In this document: positions 10,079-20,509 of the stretch, one piece after another
Position numbering within the stretch: the first letter of the stretch is position 1
Layout: the number at the start of each line of letters is the position of its first letter
DNA from: Balanoglossus misakiensis
Taxonomy: Eukaryota; Animalia; Hemichordata
Direction: 5' to 3'
NCBI GenBank assembly: GCA_040954595.2
Contig: JBECUI020000036.1
Span: 106,860-170,859, forward strand
Length of the DNA stretch: 64,000 bases
Notes under the pieces: model-generated
What the model was told of the DNA's origin: nothing
The model's input: only the letters and a program-made list of their open reading frames with translations
Databases searched by the model: none
Position numbers and translations under genes: made by a program

Positions 10079-11677
10079 CTATCTGTTTATGGATGACAGT
10101 TGAATGAGTATCGGAGTTTCGTATTGAACAAGGAATCGCGAAGATCCGTGGAAGTAGCCCTGTATCGATTGGCGTGCATACCCGGGGGAAGCATGATAAA
10201 TACCCTGTGCAGTCGGATCAATAACCGGTAATAAGTCGACATTGTTGTGGAATGCAATATGCCGAGAATCCAGATTGCCGAAATATTGGGCACGCGAAGG
10301 AAATAACTCAGCAAGTGTACTGTACATGCCGTCTGCAAGAGCAGGATCTACAGGAACCCATCCGAAATCTTCGAGAAAAAATTCAGCCCAGCTATGCATG
10401 AGTACCCCCTCCGATGTCAGAAGTAAGCCGCTCATAACGCGTGCAGGGATCTTGATAACCCGAAGCCCGATAACATACAGCATAGCATAATCAAAGGCTG
10501 TACCCATTCCTTCTGCAAAACGGTCCGGCACCATACTTATTGTTGAGTCCTCATCCTCTACCGGTTGCATACGAATCAACAAATTCTGAAAAAGTTTTTC
10601 AGCCTTGTAGTACGGATTAGATATGCCGCGTACACTTTGCTCAGCAAATTGACGGATGGGCGATAGGACAGATGCCGATAAGAACAGATCATTAAGATAC
10701 CGCCGGCGGAATGTTTCATCTATATCGTAGCGTTGCTGTATTTCAGTCGGATATATGGTAGTACGCTCGGTAAAACGCAGAAGCCTGTAGATACGCTTGA
10801 TGGCTTGCTCCTTGAAGCTAAAAAACTGCTTCGGTGATAGGATACTCTGTATACTTCCGTCCTCCCGCAACTCTTCTACGACCGGCTGTGCAGTTGTGAG
10901 ATCGGGAATCGGGAACCAGAGCTTTATCTCCTCCGTCTCTTCGATATGATCTACTGAGATAAGGTGTTCCAGTACAACCTCGTATCCTCCCTCGTAGTTT
11001 TTTGTTCCACCCCTCGAAGTAATGCTCAGCACATCGCTGATGACACTGCCCCTGCTTGTTGTAATACGTACAGCCGACTGTACCGCACCATCAGGAATGG
11101 TAACTGTAATCTGCATATCAGACCAAATAATGTTTTCCTTATCAACTGGAATCCATACATCTTTCTCACGAGAATGAGAAAATAATACTTGGGAGTCGTA
11201 TGGTTCATCGCCAAAATTTTTTCCGATAATTGATACCCGATCTCCTACAAATGCCTGTTCAGGTTCAAAGTATTGAATCTGTGGTCCCATCTCGTCTTGA
11301 TTATCCGCGCGCACAGACGATATAACATCAATACGCGTAACCAGAATAGGATTGCTCCTTCCCTTGTCCGTCTCCACTGTAAGAAATCCAGAAGGGAAAT
11401 CATCGGTAACCAGAATCTGTATCTCCTGGTCCGTCCACAACTGATAATGACTGCGCGTTATAATTTGTCCCGCAATATACACCCGCCCATTACCAAAATT
11501 TTTTCCGGTAATAACAATGCTATCCTTACTCGATACCTGTGACGGAGTAAGATCGGCAATTTGCGGGGGGCGCCAGTAAAAGAAAAAAAAAGAAATCCCA
11601 AGACCCAAGACTAACAGGCCAATGAAGATGAAAAATATAAATTCAGAGAGACGAAGCACTTTCCCCCGGAACCGCAT
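10079..11677 (-). CDS. Membrane-anchored IPT/TIG-domain plus transglutaminase-like protein
   Basis: N-terminal TM helix, two I(T/I)GKNFG TIG-like repeats, and IPARVMSG..HSWAEFF..GWVPVDP. Confidence 0.8.
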   Translation of the reverse strand: MRFRGKVLRLSEFIFFIFIGLLVLGLGISFFFFYWRPPQIADLTPSQVSSKDSIVITGKNFGNGRVYIAGQIITRSHYQLWTDQEIQILVTDDFPSGFLTVETDKGRSNPILVTRIDVISSVRADNQDEMGPQIQYFEPEQAFVGDRVSIIGKNFGDEPYDSQVLFSHSREKDVWIPVDKENIIWSDMQITVTIPDGAVQSAVRITTSRGSVISDVLSITSRGGTKNYEGGYEVVLEHLISVDHIEETEEIKLWFPIPDLTTAQPVVEELREDGSIQSILSPKQFFSFKEQAIKRIYRLLRFTERTTIYPTEIQQRYDIDETFRRRYLNDLFLSASVLSPIRQFAEQSVRGISNPYYKAEKLFQNLLIRMQPVEDEDSTISMVPDRFAEGMGTAFDYAMLYVIGLRVIKIPARVMSGLLLTSEGVLMHSWAEFFLEDFGWVPVDPALADGMYSTLAELFPSRAQYFGNLDSRHIAFHNNVDLLPVIDPTAQGIYHASPGYARQSIQGYFHGSSRFLVQYETPILIQLSSINR

Positions 11678-11678
11678 A

Positions 11679-12419
11679 TTATTGACTTGGAACTGCCGTT
11701 CGGGAAACTGTAAATTGAAGTTCCATTATCGGTTTTGCTTCATCGTTATCCCAGTCTTCAAATAGGAACCCGCTATCGTTATCGTCATCGTTGTCGTCAT
11801 CAGTATCATCATCGTCATCCCATATAGATCGCCAAGATCTATACATATCTTGAATCCTTTTCTTCAAGCTATTTTTTTCCTGAGACCCAAGAGGAATAAA
11901 GAGCACCGGCTCATCTAAGTGCATTGGGATCTCTTTTAGAATAGTACGGTAACGTACATTCTCTTCTCCGCGCACCCATAACCGTCCCTGAAGGAAAAGA
12001 AGAATACGTCTGTTTTCCTCGTGATAAGGCGTTAGTTTCAGATCAAGAAACATATGATCACTCGATAGCTGCACGGCCAGAGATTCGCCGTCTTTAGTTG
12101 TATCATTTGTGTTCGATGACCAGATTAGTTGCCCACTCGGAAGAAGTAGGCGAGATATAATTTCTACATCGTAGGAAAAATTACCGAAACTTTCACTTGG
12201 TCCCAACTGCACCTGAAGACGTTTCAGCTTAAAAGGACGAAGAAATTTCGGATGTTCTGCATGCTGAAAGGCACGGAAGGAACGCAGAGGTAGATGTACC
12301 AATCGATGCGACCATGGCGCTTGTAAAGTAGCAGAAATGGGTTCTTCAGCAGATAACTCAATAATATTGATGCATGCAGGTGCGAGTAGTACAATCATGC
12401 ATAAAACAAAACGCAACAC
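11679..12419 (-). CDS. Exported hypothetical protein with an Asp-rich tract
   Basis: 246-aa ORF with hydrophobic N-terminus, tightly packed in the ECF sigma operon. Confidence 0.7.
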   Translation of the reverse strand: MLRFVLCMIVLLAPACINIIELSAEEPISATLQAPWSHRLVHLPLRSFRAFQHAEHPKFLRPFKLKRLQVQLGPSESFGNFSYDVEIISRLLLPSGQLIWSSNTNDTTKDGESLAVQLSSDHMFLDLKLTPYHEENRRILLFLQGRLWVRGEENVRYRTILKEIPMHLDEPVLFIPLGSQEKNSLKKRIQDMYRSWRSIWDDDDDTDDDNDDDNDSGFLFEDWDNDEAKPIMELQFTVSRTAVPSQ

Positions 12420-12422
12420 AAT

Positions 12423-13046
12423 TTACTCTCCCGTAGTGGCTCCTGAAACAGGATTAACAACACTCGGATTATTAATTGGAACTAACAGTGGTGTCCCCTC
12501 AATGGATAGTCGGGCCTGTGCAGGCAGAATAATAATCTGTCTGTCCTCTGGTAATTCCTTAAGAAGCATTTGGACAAGTGACTGGAAATTTTGTTGAATA
12601 ACCATATCATTACTCTTTATATCACTTCCCAGAGATACAAAATCGACATTTGCATCAGTCGCCTGAACAGGGGGCTCAGATTCGGAAGCAACGGCGGGTG
12701 TGGACGTTTTCAAGGATTCTACAACGGCCGTAACATTATTTGTGAGAAAGGGTAAACCCAAAAAGATAATAAACAGGGAAGCAAATATTGGTATGGGAAG
12801 CATAAAAAATGATTGCGTCCGACGTTTTACAGATACACGCTCCTGTACCCGTTCCCATACTCGTTGCTTGGACAACTCTTCTGGGAATTGAACAGATCTT
12901 AGTCTGTGCTGTACATGCTCCAATTTTTCCATCTCTTGACGAAGAGATGGATTATTCTGTACAAGACGATCTAAATTCGCTTGTACATCTTCGGGCAATT
13001 CACCATCAATAGATTCAGACAATAAATGCTTAATATCACTCTTCAT
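12423..13046 (-). CDS. Putative anti-sigma factor
   Basis: LLSESIDGEL N-terminal anti-sigma-like motif, single TM helix, overlaps the ECF sigma gene. Confidence 0.75.
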   Translation of the reverse strand: MKSDIKHLLSESIDGELPEDVQANLDRLVQNNPSLRQEMEKLEHVQHRLRSVQFPEELSKQRVWERVQERVSVKRRTQSFFMLPIPIFASLFIIFLGLPFLTNNVTAVVESLKTSTPAVASESEPPVQATDANVDFVSLGSDIKSNDMVIQQNFQSLVQMLLKELPEDRQIIILPAQARLSIEGTPLLVPINNPSVVNPVSGATTGE

Positions 13047-13572
13047 TGTTCATTCCTCGCTTTTTTAATGTATCACCGAGTGCCACACGGGCACGAAATA
13101 ATCTAGATTTTACATTTGAAAGACTTATTTGTAGTACATCTGCAATTTCCTTACAGGACAAGTCGGCATATGTAACCAGAACTAATGCCTCCCGTAACCG
13201 TGTTGGTAATTGTGCAATCGCTCTCATAACCTCTTCTCTCTCTTCATTTTTGATTGCAACAGCCTCTCCGGTCTTTTCTGATGGAAATAATTGGGATTGA
13301 TTATGCAATACTTTATCATATGCTCTATATTCCCTTGACCTCTTCTTCGCATAATTAATGGCTAAATTTTTTCCGACACGAATAAGCCAATATTTCTCCG
13401 TTCCTTCTCCAACCTTATACATATACTGGTAAAAGCGTACGTATGTCTCCTGGCATATTTCCTCTGTTGCCTCCTGACTATATGCAATAGCGTAGACGAC
13501 ACGAAACACCACCGAAAAGAACTGCTGGTACGCTTCTGCAAATCTCTGTTCATCGGAACGACTTTCATACAT
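13036..13572 (-). CDS. ECF RNA polymerase sigma factor
   Basis: EEICQETYVR, WLIRVGKNLAIN, LSCKEIADVLQISLSNVKSRLFRAR. Confidence 0.93.
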   Translation of the reverse strand: MYESRSDEQRFAEAYQQFFSVVFRVVYAIAYSQEATEEICQETYVRFYQYMYKVGEGTEKYWLIRVGKNLAINYAKKRSREYRAYDKVLHNQSQLFPSEKTGEAVAIKNEEREEVMRAIAQLPTRLREALVLVTYADLSCKEIADVLQISLSNVKSRLFRARVALGDTLKKRGMNNEE

Positions 13573-13648
13573 AATAATATAACACCCAACAATACCATAC
13601 CGTTACATATTATTGCAAGATATATGAATTTTTACTATTATATTATGA

Positions 13649-14565
13649 GTGTTAACGGAATTAGGGCAGTTATTTAGCAAAAACAATCTCACGTATTGCT
13701 GTAATGAGGCAATGTGCTCCCATACCAGTATTCGTATCGGCGGGCCGGCAGAAATATACACGGTTCCGCGAAGCATTGAAGAGATACAGAAAATTCTCGC
13801 TATACGCGCCGAAACAGCTGCCTCCCTCTTTATCCTCGGGGGGGATCAAACATACTTGTTTCCGATAACGGTATCCCCGGTATTGTTTTGGACACGAAGA
13901 ACTTAAACCATATCGAAATACGAGATGATAGCCTGTACTGTGAATCAGGTCTCCCCATCAGCAACGCCGCCGAGTATGCCGCCGATCGTGGTATTGCCAG
14001 CCTTGAGTTTCTCTATTCCATGCCGGGAAGTGTCGGGGGTGCCGTATGGATGAACGCGCGATGTTATGGTCAAGAAATATCACAGGTCTTACAATCGGTT
14101 CGGTATATGACGCACGATGGAAAAATACATGAGTATCTTTACGATGAAGCAGATTTCGCGTATAAGAAATCACCCTTTCAAAACCAAGACAGGATTATCT
14201 TATCTTCCTCTATTGCTATCAAGAAAGATAATTCGGAACAAATCCGGGAACGCATGCAATTTTATCAGGCAGACAGGGAACAGAAGGGGCATTTTACTGC
14301 TCCATCGGCTGGTTCAGTGTTTAAGAACAATCCGAAATACGGTGCACCTTCGGGCATGTTAATAGATAGCTTACACATGCGTGGCACACAGCGGGGTGGT
14401 GCACGAATTTCTGATATGCATGCAAACATTCTGATAAATATGGGCAATGCCACGGCAGAAGATGCATCCCTATTAATTCAAGAAGTAGAAAATAAAATAA
14501 AGAAGGAACGGGGGCTGGTATTGGAACGAGAAATACTACAGATAGGGAATTGGAACAACTCGTAA
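13649..14565 (+). CDS. murB: UDP-N-acetylenolpyruvoylglucosamine reductase, frameshifted at G7 (13838-13844)
   Basis: HTSIRIGGPA, MPGSVGGAVWMNA, PSAGSVFKN, HANILIN. One extra G restores the conserved LGGGSNILVSD. Confidence 0.93.
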
Positions 14566-14584
14566 ATACTAGTAGCCATTAAAA

Positions 14585-15937
14585 ATGGAAGAGCAATTAA
14601 CAATCAATATTGTGCGGGCCATGCTGAACACCCCGAAAAACACTCAGGTTCGCAAACAATTTCACCACCTTACCATGCCTGATATTTATCAGATATGGGA
14701 AGAGTTTTCTCCCGATGAATTGCTTGCTATTTTCTTCCATTTGGATCTCGCTTCTCGAGTCGATCTTATCCGCATTCTATCTACAAAAGATCAGGAAATT
14801 CTTATTAGCACCCTGCCGCTATCCAATATGAAGGAAATATTTGCCCATATGGAACCGGATGATCTCGTAGACACCATTCAGACCCTACCACCGGAAGTAC
14901 GAACATCAGTATGGAACTCAATGAGTAACGAAGCCAAACAGGAGACCCTCTTCCTGCTCCGCTTCGATGAAACTGAAGCCGCAGGAATTATGACCCCGCG
15001 GTATCTAGCAATCAGAAAAGACCTTTCCGTCCATCAGACAATTAGCTTCGTACGTAATACAGCCCCACGAGTACAGAACATTTCATACATATACGTTCTT
15101 GATAATCTGAACCGTCTTGAAGGCATTGTTTCATTAAGACATCTATTAAGTGCAGATGATGAATCGCTTACATCATCAATTATGAAGACCGACATTATCT
15201 CCGTACATGAAGAAACGGATCAAGAGATAGTAGCATCGCTTCTGGAAAAACATGAGCTGCTTGCTCTCCCTGTTCTCGATACCTACGGACGTCTCCTGGG
15301 TATTGTAACAATTGATGATGCTATCAACGTCATACGAGATGAACAAACCGAGGATGTGTACAAGATGGGTGCTATGGAAGGAAGTACCGAAATGTATCTA
15401 AAAACATCCATATGGCGGCTCGTTCGAAAACGGATGCCATGGCTTGCACTGCTTCTCTTTGCCGGAACATTGACTACAAATATGATTGGCATCTTTGAAC
15501 AGTTCATACAGACATCAGCCTTCCTGTTCTTGTTTATTCCCGTCATTATGCAAACTGGGGGAAATACAAGTGTTCAAAGTTCAACCCTGATGATCCGCGG
15601 TCTTTCTCGCAATGAACTGAGTTTCCGAAACATTTGGAATATTCTCGGGAAGGAAATTCTGGTATCTAGTGTTCTCGGCATTACCCTAGGAGTACTCATT
15701 ATTCTCCGGAGCATGTTTGTCTCTCCTACAGTTGAAATAATTCATTCCTTAACCCTCGGTCTTTCCCTCTCCTTAGTTGTCATGTTCGCCTCAATTATGG
15801 GAGTGCTTGCACCACTATTTATTCACCGATTAGGGCACGACCCAACGGTAATGACCGGTCCCTTAATTGCTACCATTATTGATGTCGCAGGCCTTGCAAT
15901 TTATTTTTCCATTGCCCAACTCATTCTCGGAAGCTAA
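14585..15937 (+). CDS. mgtE: Magnesium transporter MgtE
   Basis: N-terminal domain, CBS pair (AGIMTP..GIVTIDD), KRMPWL, TGGNTSVQS, DPTVMTGPLIATIID. Confidence 0.95.
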   Translation: MEEQLTINIVRAMLNTPKNTQVRKQFHHLTMPDIYQIWEEFSPDELLAIFFHLDLASRVDLIRILSTKDQEILISTLPLSNMKEIFAHMEPDDLVDTIQTLPPEVRTSVWNSMSNEAKQETLFLLRFDETEAAGIMTPRYLAIRKDLSVHQTISFVRNTAPRVQNISYIYVLDNLNRLEGIVSLRHLLSADDESLTSSIMKTDIISVHEETDQEIVASLLEKHELLALPVLDTYGRLLGIVTIDDAINVIRDEQTEDVYKMGAMEGSTEMYLKTSIWRLVRKRMPWLALLLFAGTLTTNMIGIFEQFIQTSAFLFLFIPVIMQTGGNTSVQSSTLMIRGLSRNELSFRNIWNILGKEILVSSVLGITLGVLIILRSMFVSPTVEIIHSLTLGLSLSLVVMFASIMGVLAPLFIHRLGHDPTVMTGPLIATIIDVAGLAIYFSIAQLILGS

Positions 15938-17229
15938 CGCGAAATGCGATATACAAGAACACTCTGTACATACACCTTGTCCCAACTATCTTGCCATGAT
16001 TGAATACCATCGGATATATCCACTGCATCAGGTGTTTCTATGGATATGTTCAAACTCAATCCCTCAGCCAAATGAAATGTCCCGCTCAAGGCCCCACGCA
16101 GAGTCCAAGGGCTGTCGGAGAACTCTATACGAAACGATAATCTATCCTTCCAGTTCATACTTATACCGTACCTCTGTTCGATAATGCCCCGCCCATCTAT
16201 CGTCCAGGTTCCACTAAGGTCGATACGGAGCTTTTGCACGTGTATACTACATTGATAACGTATATCTTCGCTCACCCCCATTACCCCAGAAATACTCAGG
16301 CTATTGGAAAGAGAAATAGAAGAGGTTAATGCTGATGTCAAACCGAGTTTAACCGTCTGTTCAAGTTCTCTCCTCTTCGTCTCGGGGGACAAAAGGTAGT
16401 CGGGGTAGTCCTGTTCATACGCAACTTGATACCCTAACTCAATTCCTGAGAAACGAAATGAGACACTGGTAGAGCATGACCATTCTCTCATACTCATCTT
16501 CCCGCCTGGCATACGATACCGGTTCTGGCCATATGCAAGCAGCATAGCTACTGTTATTGGTCGGTAATATATGCGGGCATAGGTTATACTTCGTAGCCGC
16601 GGGGCTATCCGGGTACCCAATGATACAAAGAGATCACTGGTAAAACGCAGATGCGTATTTTTGTACCCCACTGAGGTAGCAAGATGCTGCACCGGAACCG
16701 CCGGGCTATCTGCCTCGTAAAACCAGCTATCTTCTTTTTTTCTTGTTGAGCGACTATTCATAGTAAGCGTTTGTACCTCAATACCCTGCGGAAAACGAAA
16801 GAAGAGGCCAGCCCCCAGTCCATACCAGTACTGACTTTGCCAAAACCATAACGAAATAGGAAGAAGGACCAGTGCTGCACTGATAGTACTACCGGTACCG
16901 ACAGTAAAATATGTCCGTTCACCAGCTGATGCCGACCATGCACGAACGCTATCGGGATTTTTCAGTCGTGTATACAATCCGTGAGACTGAAGGGTGCCGA
17001 CCTTTAACCAATCTGTTTGTAATGAAAAAGAATACGAATGCTTGTTCTTCAAGCTATCATGCTTATACAAAAGAGAATACTTCCCAAGCGATGTGTATAT
17101 GTTTATATCGGTACTGTATAGCAAATGGCTATCAACTGAATTGCTTAATTTGATATTCAACCATTGCAGCGGGGCGGCACCGGCAATAGAATGGAAGAGA
17201 AGCAGTCCTAACGATACAACAACTCGCAT
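15934..17229 (-). CDS. Exported hypothetical protein, possible outer-membrane beta-barrel
   Basis: Signal peptide ending AGA and many amphipathic beta-like segments rich in Y/F/W/S/G. Confidence 0.6.
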   Translation of the reverse strand: MRVVVSLGLLLFHSIAGAAPLQWLNIKLSNSVDSHLLYSTDINIYTSLGKYSLLYKHDSLKNKHSYSFSLQTDWLKVGTLQSHGLYTRLKNPDSVRAWSASAGERTYFTVGTGSTISAALVLLPISLWFWQSQYWYGLGAGLFFRFPQGIEVQTLTMNSRSTRKKEDSWFYEADSPAVPVQHLATSVGYKNTHLRFTSDLFVSLGTRIAPRLRSITYARIYYRPITVAMLLAYGQNRYRMPGGKMSMREWSCSTSVSFRFSGIELGYQVAYEQDYPDYLLSPETKRRELEQTVKLGLTSALTSSISLSNSLSISGVMGVSEDIRYQCSIHVQKLRIDLSGTWTIDGRGIIEQRYGISMNWKDRLSFRIEFSDSPWTLRGALSGTFHLAEGLSLNISIETPDAVDISDGIQSWQDSWDKVYVQSVLVYRISR

Positions 17230-17263
17230 ATATTGATATAACGATCATGCTGTATCCTTTGCT

Positions 17264-18064
17264 TCAGGAGAAACGTTTTTTCTTCAGGTATTCCCTACTG
17301 ATAAAGATATACAATCGTTCAAGAAACGATATAAAAACCAGTCCGGCGGCTATCATTTCAAGATACGGGTGTAACTGTTGCACTAGTGGACGCCAATTGT
17401 CAAAGAGGGTCAGGAAACCAATATTATAGAAGAGAAAAATACCGCAAATCATCACCTTGCCCAGTATTGTCGACCGCATTACTACCTTTTGACTAAGCAT
17501 AATAATTGTTGCTAACAGACCCTGTACCGTAAGACGAACCATAATGAGGATAATAAACCAGAAGGAGAGCCAATTAATAGAAAACAAAAAGAAAGAAACG
17601 GCTACAAGTATATAATAATCAGCCATTGGATCAAGGTGTTGACCAATACGCGTTATCTGATTCTTTCGGGCTATCCATCCATCAAGCAGATCGCTTAGTG
17701 AAATAAGAACGATAAGCACCAATAAGCCAAGGATGCTACTCTGATTCGTACTCGCACTAAATAGCAAGAAATGCAAATTCGGTACCGACGTCAACCGAAA
17801 AAGGGTAATGACATTAGCAACATTCATGGCATCCAAGGGCTTCTCTTGTTGCGCAGTAATAATAACAAAGTCTTGTTTCCTTATGAACAGGAATACAAGA
17901 AGCCCTACATGCGTTATGATAATCCAGATGACCCACCATATAAGCCCATTCGTCTGTTCATCGCGTGCAAGATTTCGTGCAAAGAATATCCATACAAGCA
18001 ACTGGAAAGCAAAATAGAACGAGACCCAGGCATATATTTGATTTCGTAATTTATGCACAGGCAA
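17264..18064 (-). CDS. CDP-alcohol phosphatidyltransferase
   Basis: NVITLFR, SDLLDGWIAR..ITRIGQHLDPMAD. Confidence 0.9.
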   Translation of the reverse strand: MPVHKLRNQIYAWVSFYFAFQLLVWIFFARNLARDEQTNGLIWWVIWIIITHVGLLVFLFIRKQDFVIITAQQEKPLDAMNVANVITLFRLTSVPNLHFLLFSASTNQSSILGLLVLIVLISLSDLLDGWIARKNQITRIGQHLDPMADYYILVAVSFFLFSINWLSFWFIILIMVRLTVQGLLATIIMLSQKVVMRSTILGKVMICGIFLFYNIGFLTLFDNWRPLVQQLHPYLEMIAAGLVFISFLERLYIFISREYLKKKRFS

Positions 18065-18080
18065 TACCTAAATATTCGGA

Positions 18081-18557
18081 TCAGGTGCTACAGTTACATG
18101 TGCCCCCACAAGCACAGGCATACCCATCCGGGCGTTCATGATCAACGGCTAATATAGTAACTTGAAACGTCAAGGTCTCGCCAGCAAGTGGATGATTTGC
18201 ATCAAGTACTATCATATCATCCTCTATAGCGGTTACCGTCATTACTTGTTTATTAATATTTACCCTCATGCCAACTTGCAAATCAGAAATGTTTTCGAAT
18301 ACCGTGCGTGGCACACTCCGGACTAATGATGGATCATGTGTTCCATATCCCTCTTCTGGGGACAAAACAAAACTAAAGGTATCCCCAACCTGCTTGTTTT
18401 CCAATGCCTTATCAAGACCCGGCACAACATCACCATTTCCATGGAGAAGAATCATGGGCCCACTTTGCTCGGAACTGCCAAGAACCTGCCCAGAACTTGC
18501 TGAAAAAGAATATTTAATAGTTATATACGCATTTTTTTGTACTGTATCGGTACTCAT
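18081..18557 (-). CDS. slyD: FKBP-type peptidyl-prolyl isomerase, SlyD-like
   Basis: VVPGLDKAL, PEEGYG, DANHPLAGETLTF; short Cys-rich tail. Confidence 0.9.
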   Translation of the reverse strand: MSTDTVQKNAYITIKYSFSASSGQVLGSSEQSGPMILLHGNGDVVPGLDKALENKQVGDTFSFVLSPEEGYGTHDPSLVRSVPRTVFENISDLQVGMRVNINKQVMTVTAIEDDMIVLDANHPLAGETLTFQVTILAVDHERPDGYACACGGTCNCST

Positions 18558-18560
18558 ATA

Positions 18561-19115
18561 CTACTCCACTGTTGTAAACCGTTGCAAATACCATTTGCAC
18601 TCATCAAGAAAGTCCTCAACATAATTTTGCATATCCGGAACATTGCTTGAACCGTCTTCGGCAATATTTGTATGTACAGAAGGAATAGGCAATATCTGTG
18701 GCAACGAAATGCCACCAACTCCCGCAATAAGACTGCGTAACTGTTCCCCCGCCCGTATGCCTCCAAAAGGACCCATAGAATAGGTTACAATCGCAAATGG
18801 TTTTCTATAGAACTCATCTTTGAAATAGTCCAAGATATTTGACAACCCAGGTGGAATACTGTAATTATACTCAGGGCTGATAAGCATATATCCCGGTGCT
18901 TCTGCAAAGATTTTTGACAAATTTACTAAGGACTCCGGGGCAGCACCCTCCCCGTAGTCTTGGTATCTATTTAATAAAATACCAATATCCATTTTTTTGG
19001 GGTCAACAACAATGCCCTGCATACCCTTCTTTTCCATAAACGAACGAACAAACGCTGCAACACGATCACCCATCCTCATTTCACGATACGATCCGATAAT
19101 TATTGGAACTTTCAT
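18561..19115 (-). CDS. NAD(P)H-dependent FMN reductase
   Basis: IIIGSYR, SPEYNYSIPPGL, YSMGPFGGIRA. Confidence 0.9.
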   Translation of the reverse strand: MKVPIIIGSYREMRMGDRVAAFVRSFMEKKGMQGIVVDPKKMDIGILLNRYQDYGEGAAPESLVNLSKIFAEAPGYMLISPEYNYSIPPGLSNILDYFKDEFYRKPFAIVTYSMGPFGGIRAGEQLRSLIAGVGGISLPQILPIPSVHTNIAEDGSSNVPDMQNYVEDFLDECKWYLQRFTTVE

Positions 19116-19199
19116 ACATTTTCCTTCCTTCCTATCAGCAATACTTAACGATTAATGCCTATGTATATTATTATATAATAGATATTAACATACTACAAA

Positions 19200-20411
19200 C
19201 TATTTACTGACTTGTAATAGTCTACTAAACTCATTAATAATGTCATTAACATACTCAATTCCCACCGATACACGAATAGTGGTATCGTTTATCCGCATAG
19301 TTTTTCGTTCTTCATTGCTTAAGCGCGAATGAGTTGTTGAAGCCGGATGAGTAAGAATGGTGCGAACATCCCCAAAGTTAGCAATTTTACGAAAAAAACT
19401 TTTCTCGGACACAAACCGTTCCGCTCGTTTTTTATTTCCCCGTATGTCAAAGCAAAGTATTCCGCCACCAGCACTCATTTGTTTTTTTGCCAGGTCGTAT
19501 TGGGGAAATGTTGATAAGTACGGATAATATACCTGTTGAATGTCCGGATGTTCATCCAAAAATAATGCCAGTGCATACGCATTAGAACTATGCCGTTCCA
19601 TGCGCAAGCCCAGTGTTTCCAAGCTCTTAGACAGAATCCAAGCATTAAAAGGCGAAAGGGCTGCTCCAGTCATTCGTATATGTGCCCGAACTTCTTCCAT
19701 GTATTCCTTCGAACCGAGCACGGCACCACCGAGACATCGTCCCTGCCCATCAATAAATTTTGTTGCCGAGTGAACAACGATATCAGCTCCATGCAAAAAT
19801 GGTTGTTGCAGTACCGGTGTTGCCAAACAGTTGTCCACAACAAACAGGACATCCTGTTCGGACGCAACACTTGCAATCCCTGCCATATCTGCCAACTCAA
19901 GCCCGGGATTAGATGGAGTTTCAACAAGAATGAGTTTGGTATTCGGACGTATGGCATCCCTCCATTCCTGTAGATCTGCTGTTATATGAACCTGAGTACA
20001 GGCAATATTATACTTAAGCAAAAATTTTGTTACCAACTGCTGCGTTGTTCCGAAGAGGACATGCGAAGTTAAGATATGGTCCCCTGCCTGCAGGAAGGTG
20101 CCAAAAATCGCATACAAAGCTGCCATGCCGGAAGCAGTCGCGACCCCATCTTCACATTGCTCCATCGCACATAAACGAAGTATCATTTCTTTGCTATTCG
20201 GGTTATCCCAACGAGCGTACAGAAAGCCTTGCTCTTCTCCGGCAAAGATGCGCTGACCTTGCTCAAGGGAGTTAAAATAGTAGCCTGAATTCATGTACAC
20301 TGCCGTACTTTGCTCTCTATTTGCAGATGATGGGACGGCAGTATGTATAATTTGTGTTTGAACATGAAGATCTGACAATATCGGCAAGTCTTCATTCTGA
20401 TTATTTATCAT
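19200..20411 (-). CDS. metZ: PLP trans-sulfuration enzyme, O-succinylhomoserine sulfhydrylase-like
   Basis: ATASGMAA, ETPSNP, VHSATKFIDGQGRCLGG, HPASTTHSRL; GGAG precedes the ATG at 20411. Confidence 0.8.
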   Translation of the reverse strand: MINNQNEDLPILSDLHVQTQIIHTAVPSSANREQSTAVYMNSGYYFNSLEQGQRIFAGEEQGFLYARWDNPNSKEMILRLCAMEQCEDGVATASGMAALYAIFGTFLQAGDHILTSHVLFGTTQQLVTKFLLKYNIACTQVHITADLQEWRDAIRPNTKLILVETPSNPGLELADMAGIASVASEQDVLFVVDNCLATPVLQQPFLHGADIVVHSATKFIDGQGRCLGGAVLGSKEYMEEVRAHIRMTGAALSPFNAWILSKSLETLGLRMERHSSNAYALALFLDEHPDIQQVYYPYLSTFPQYDLAKKQMSAGGGILCFDIRGNKKRAERFVSEKSFFRKIANFGDVRTILTHPASTTHSRLSNEERKTMRINDTTIRVSVGIEYVNDIINEFSRLLQVSK

Positions 20412-20509
20412 AATTTTGTGCTCCATGCAGTGTATCAAAGAATAGGCAATTTGTACAACTATGCATAGAATGCTTGTTTTCTTTCTCTTTTTTCGGCATA
20501 CTGAAAATG

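Noticed and set aside
13838-13844. Phase variation of murB
   Set aside because: Normally essential gene, short G7 run inside a conserved Gly motif; a sequencing indel is more likely.
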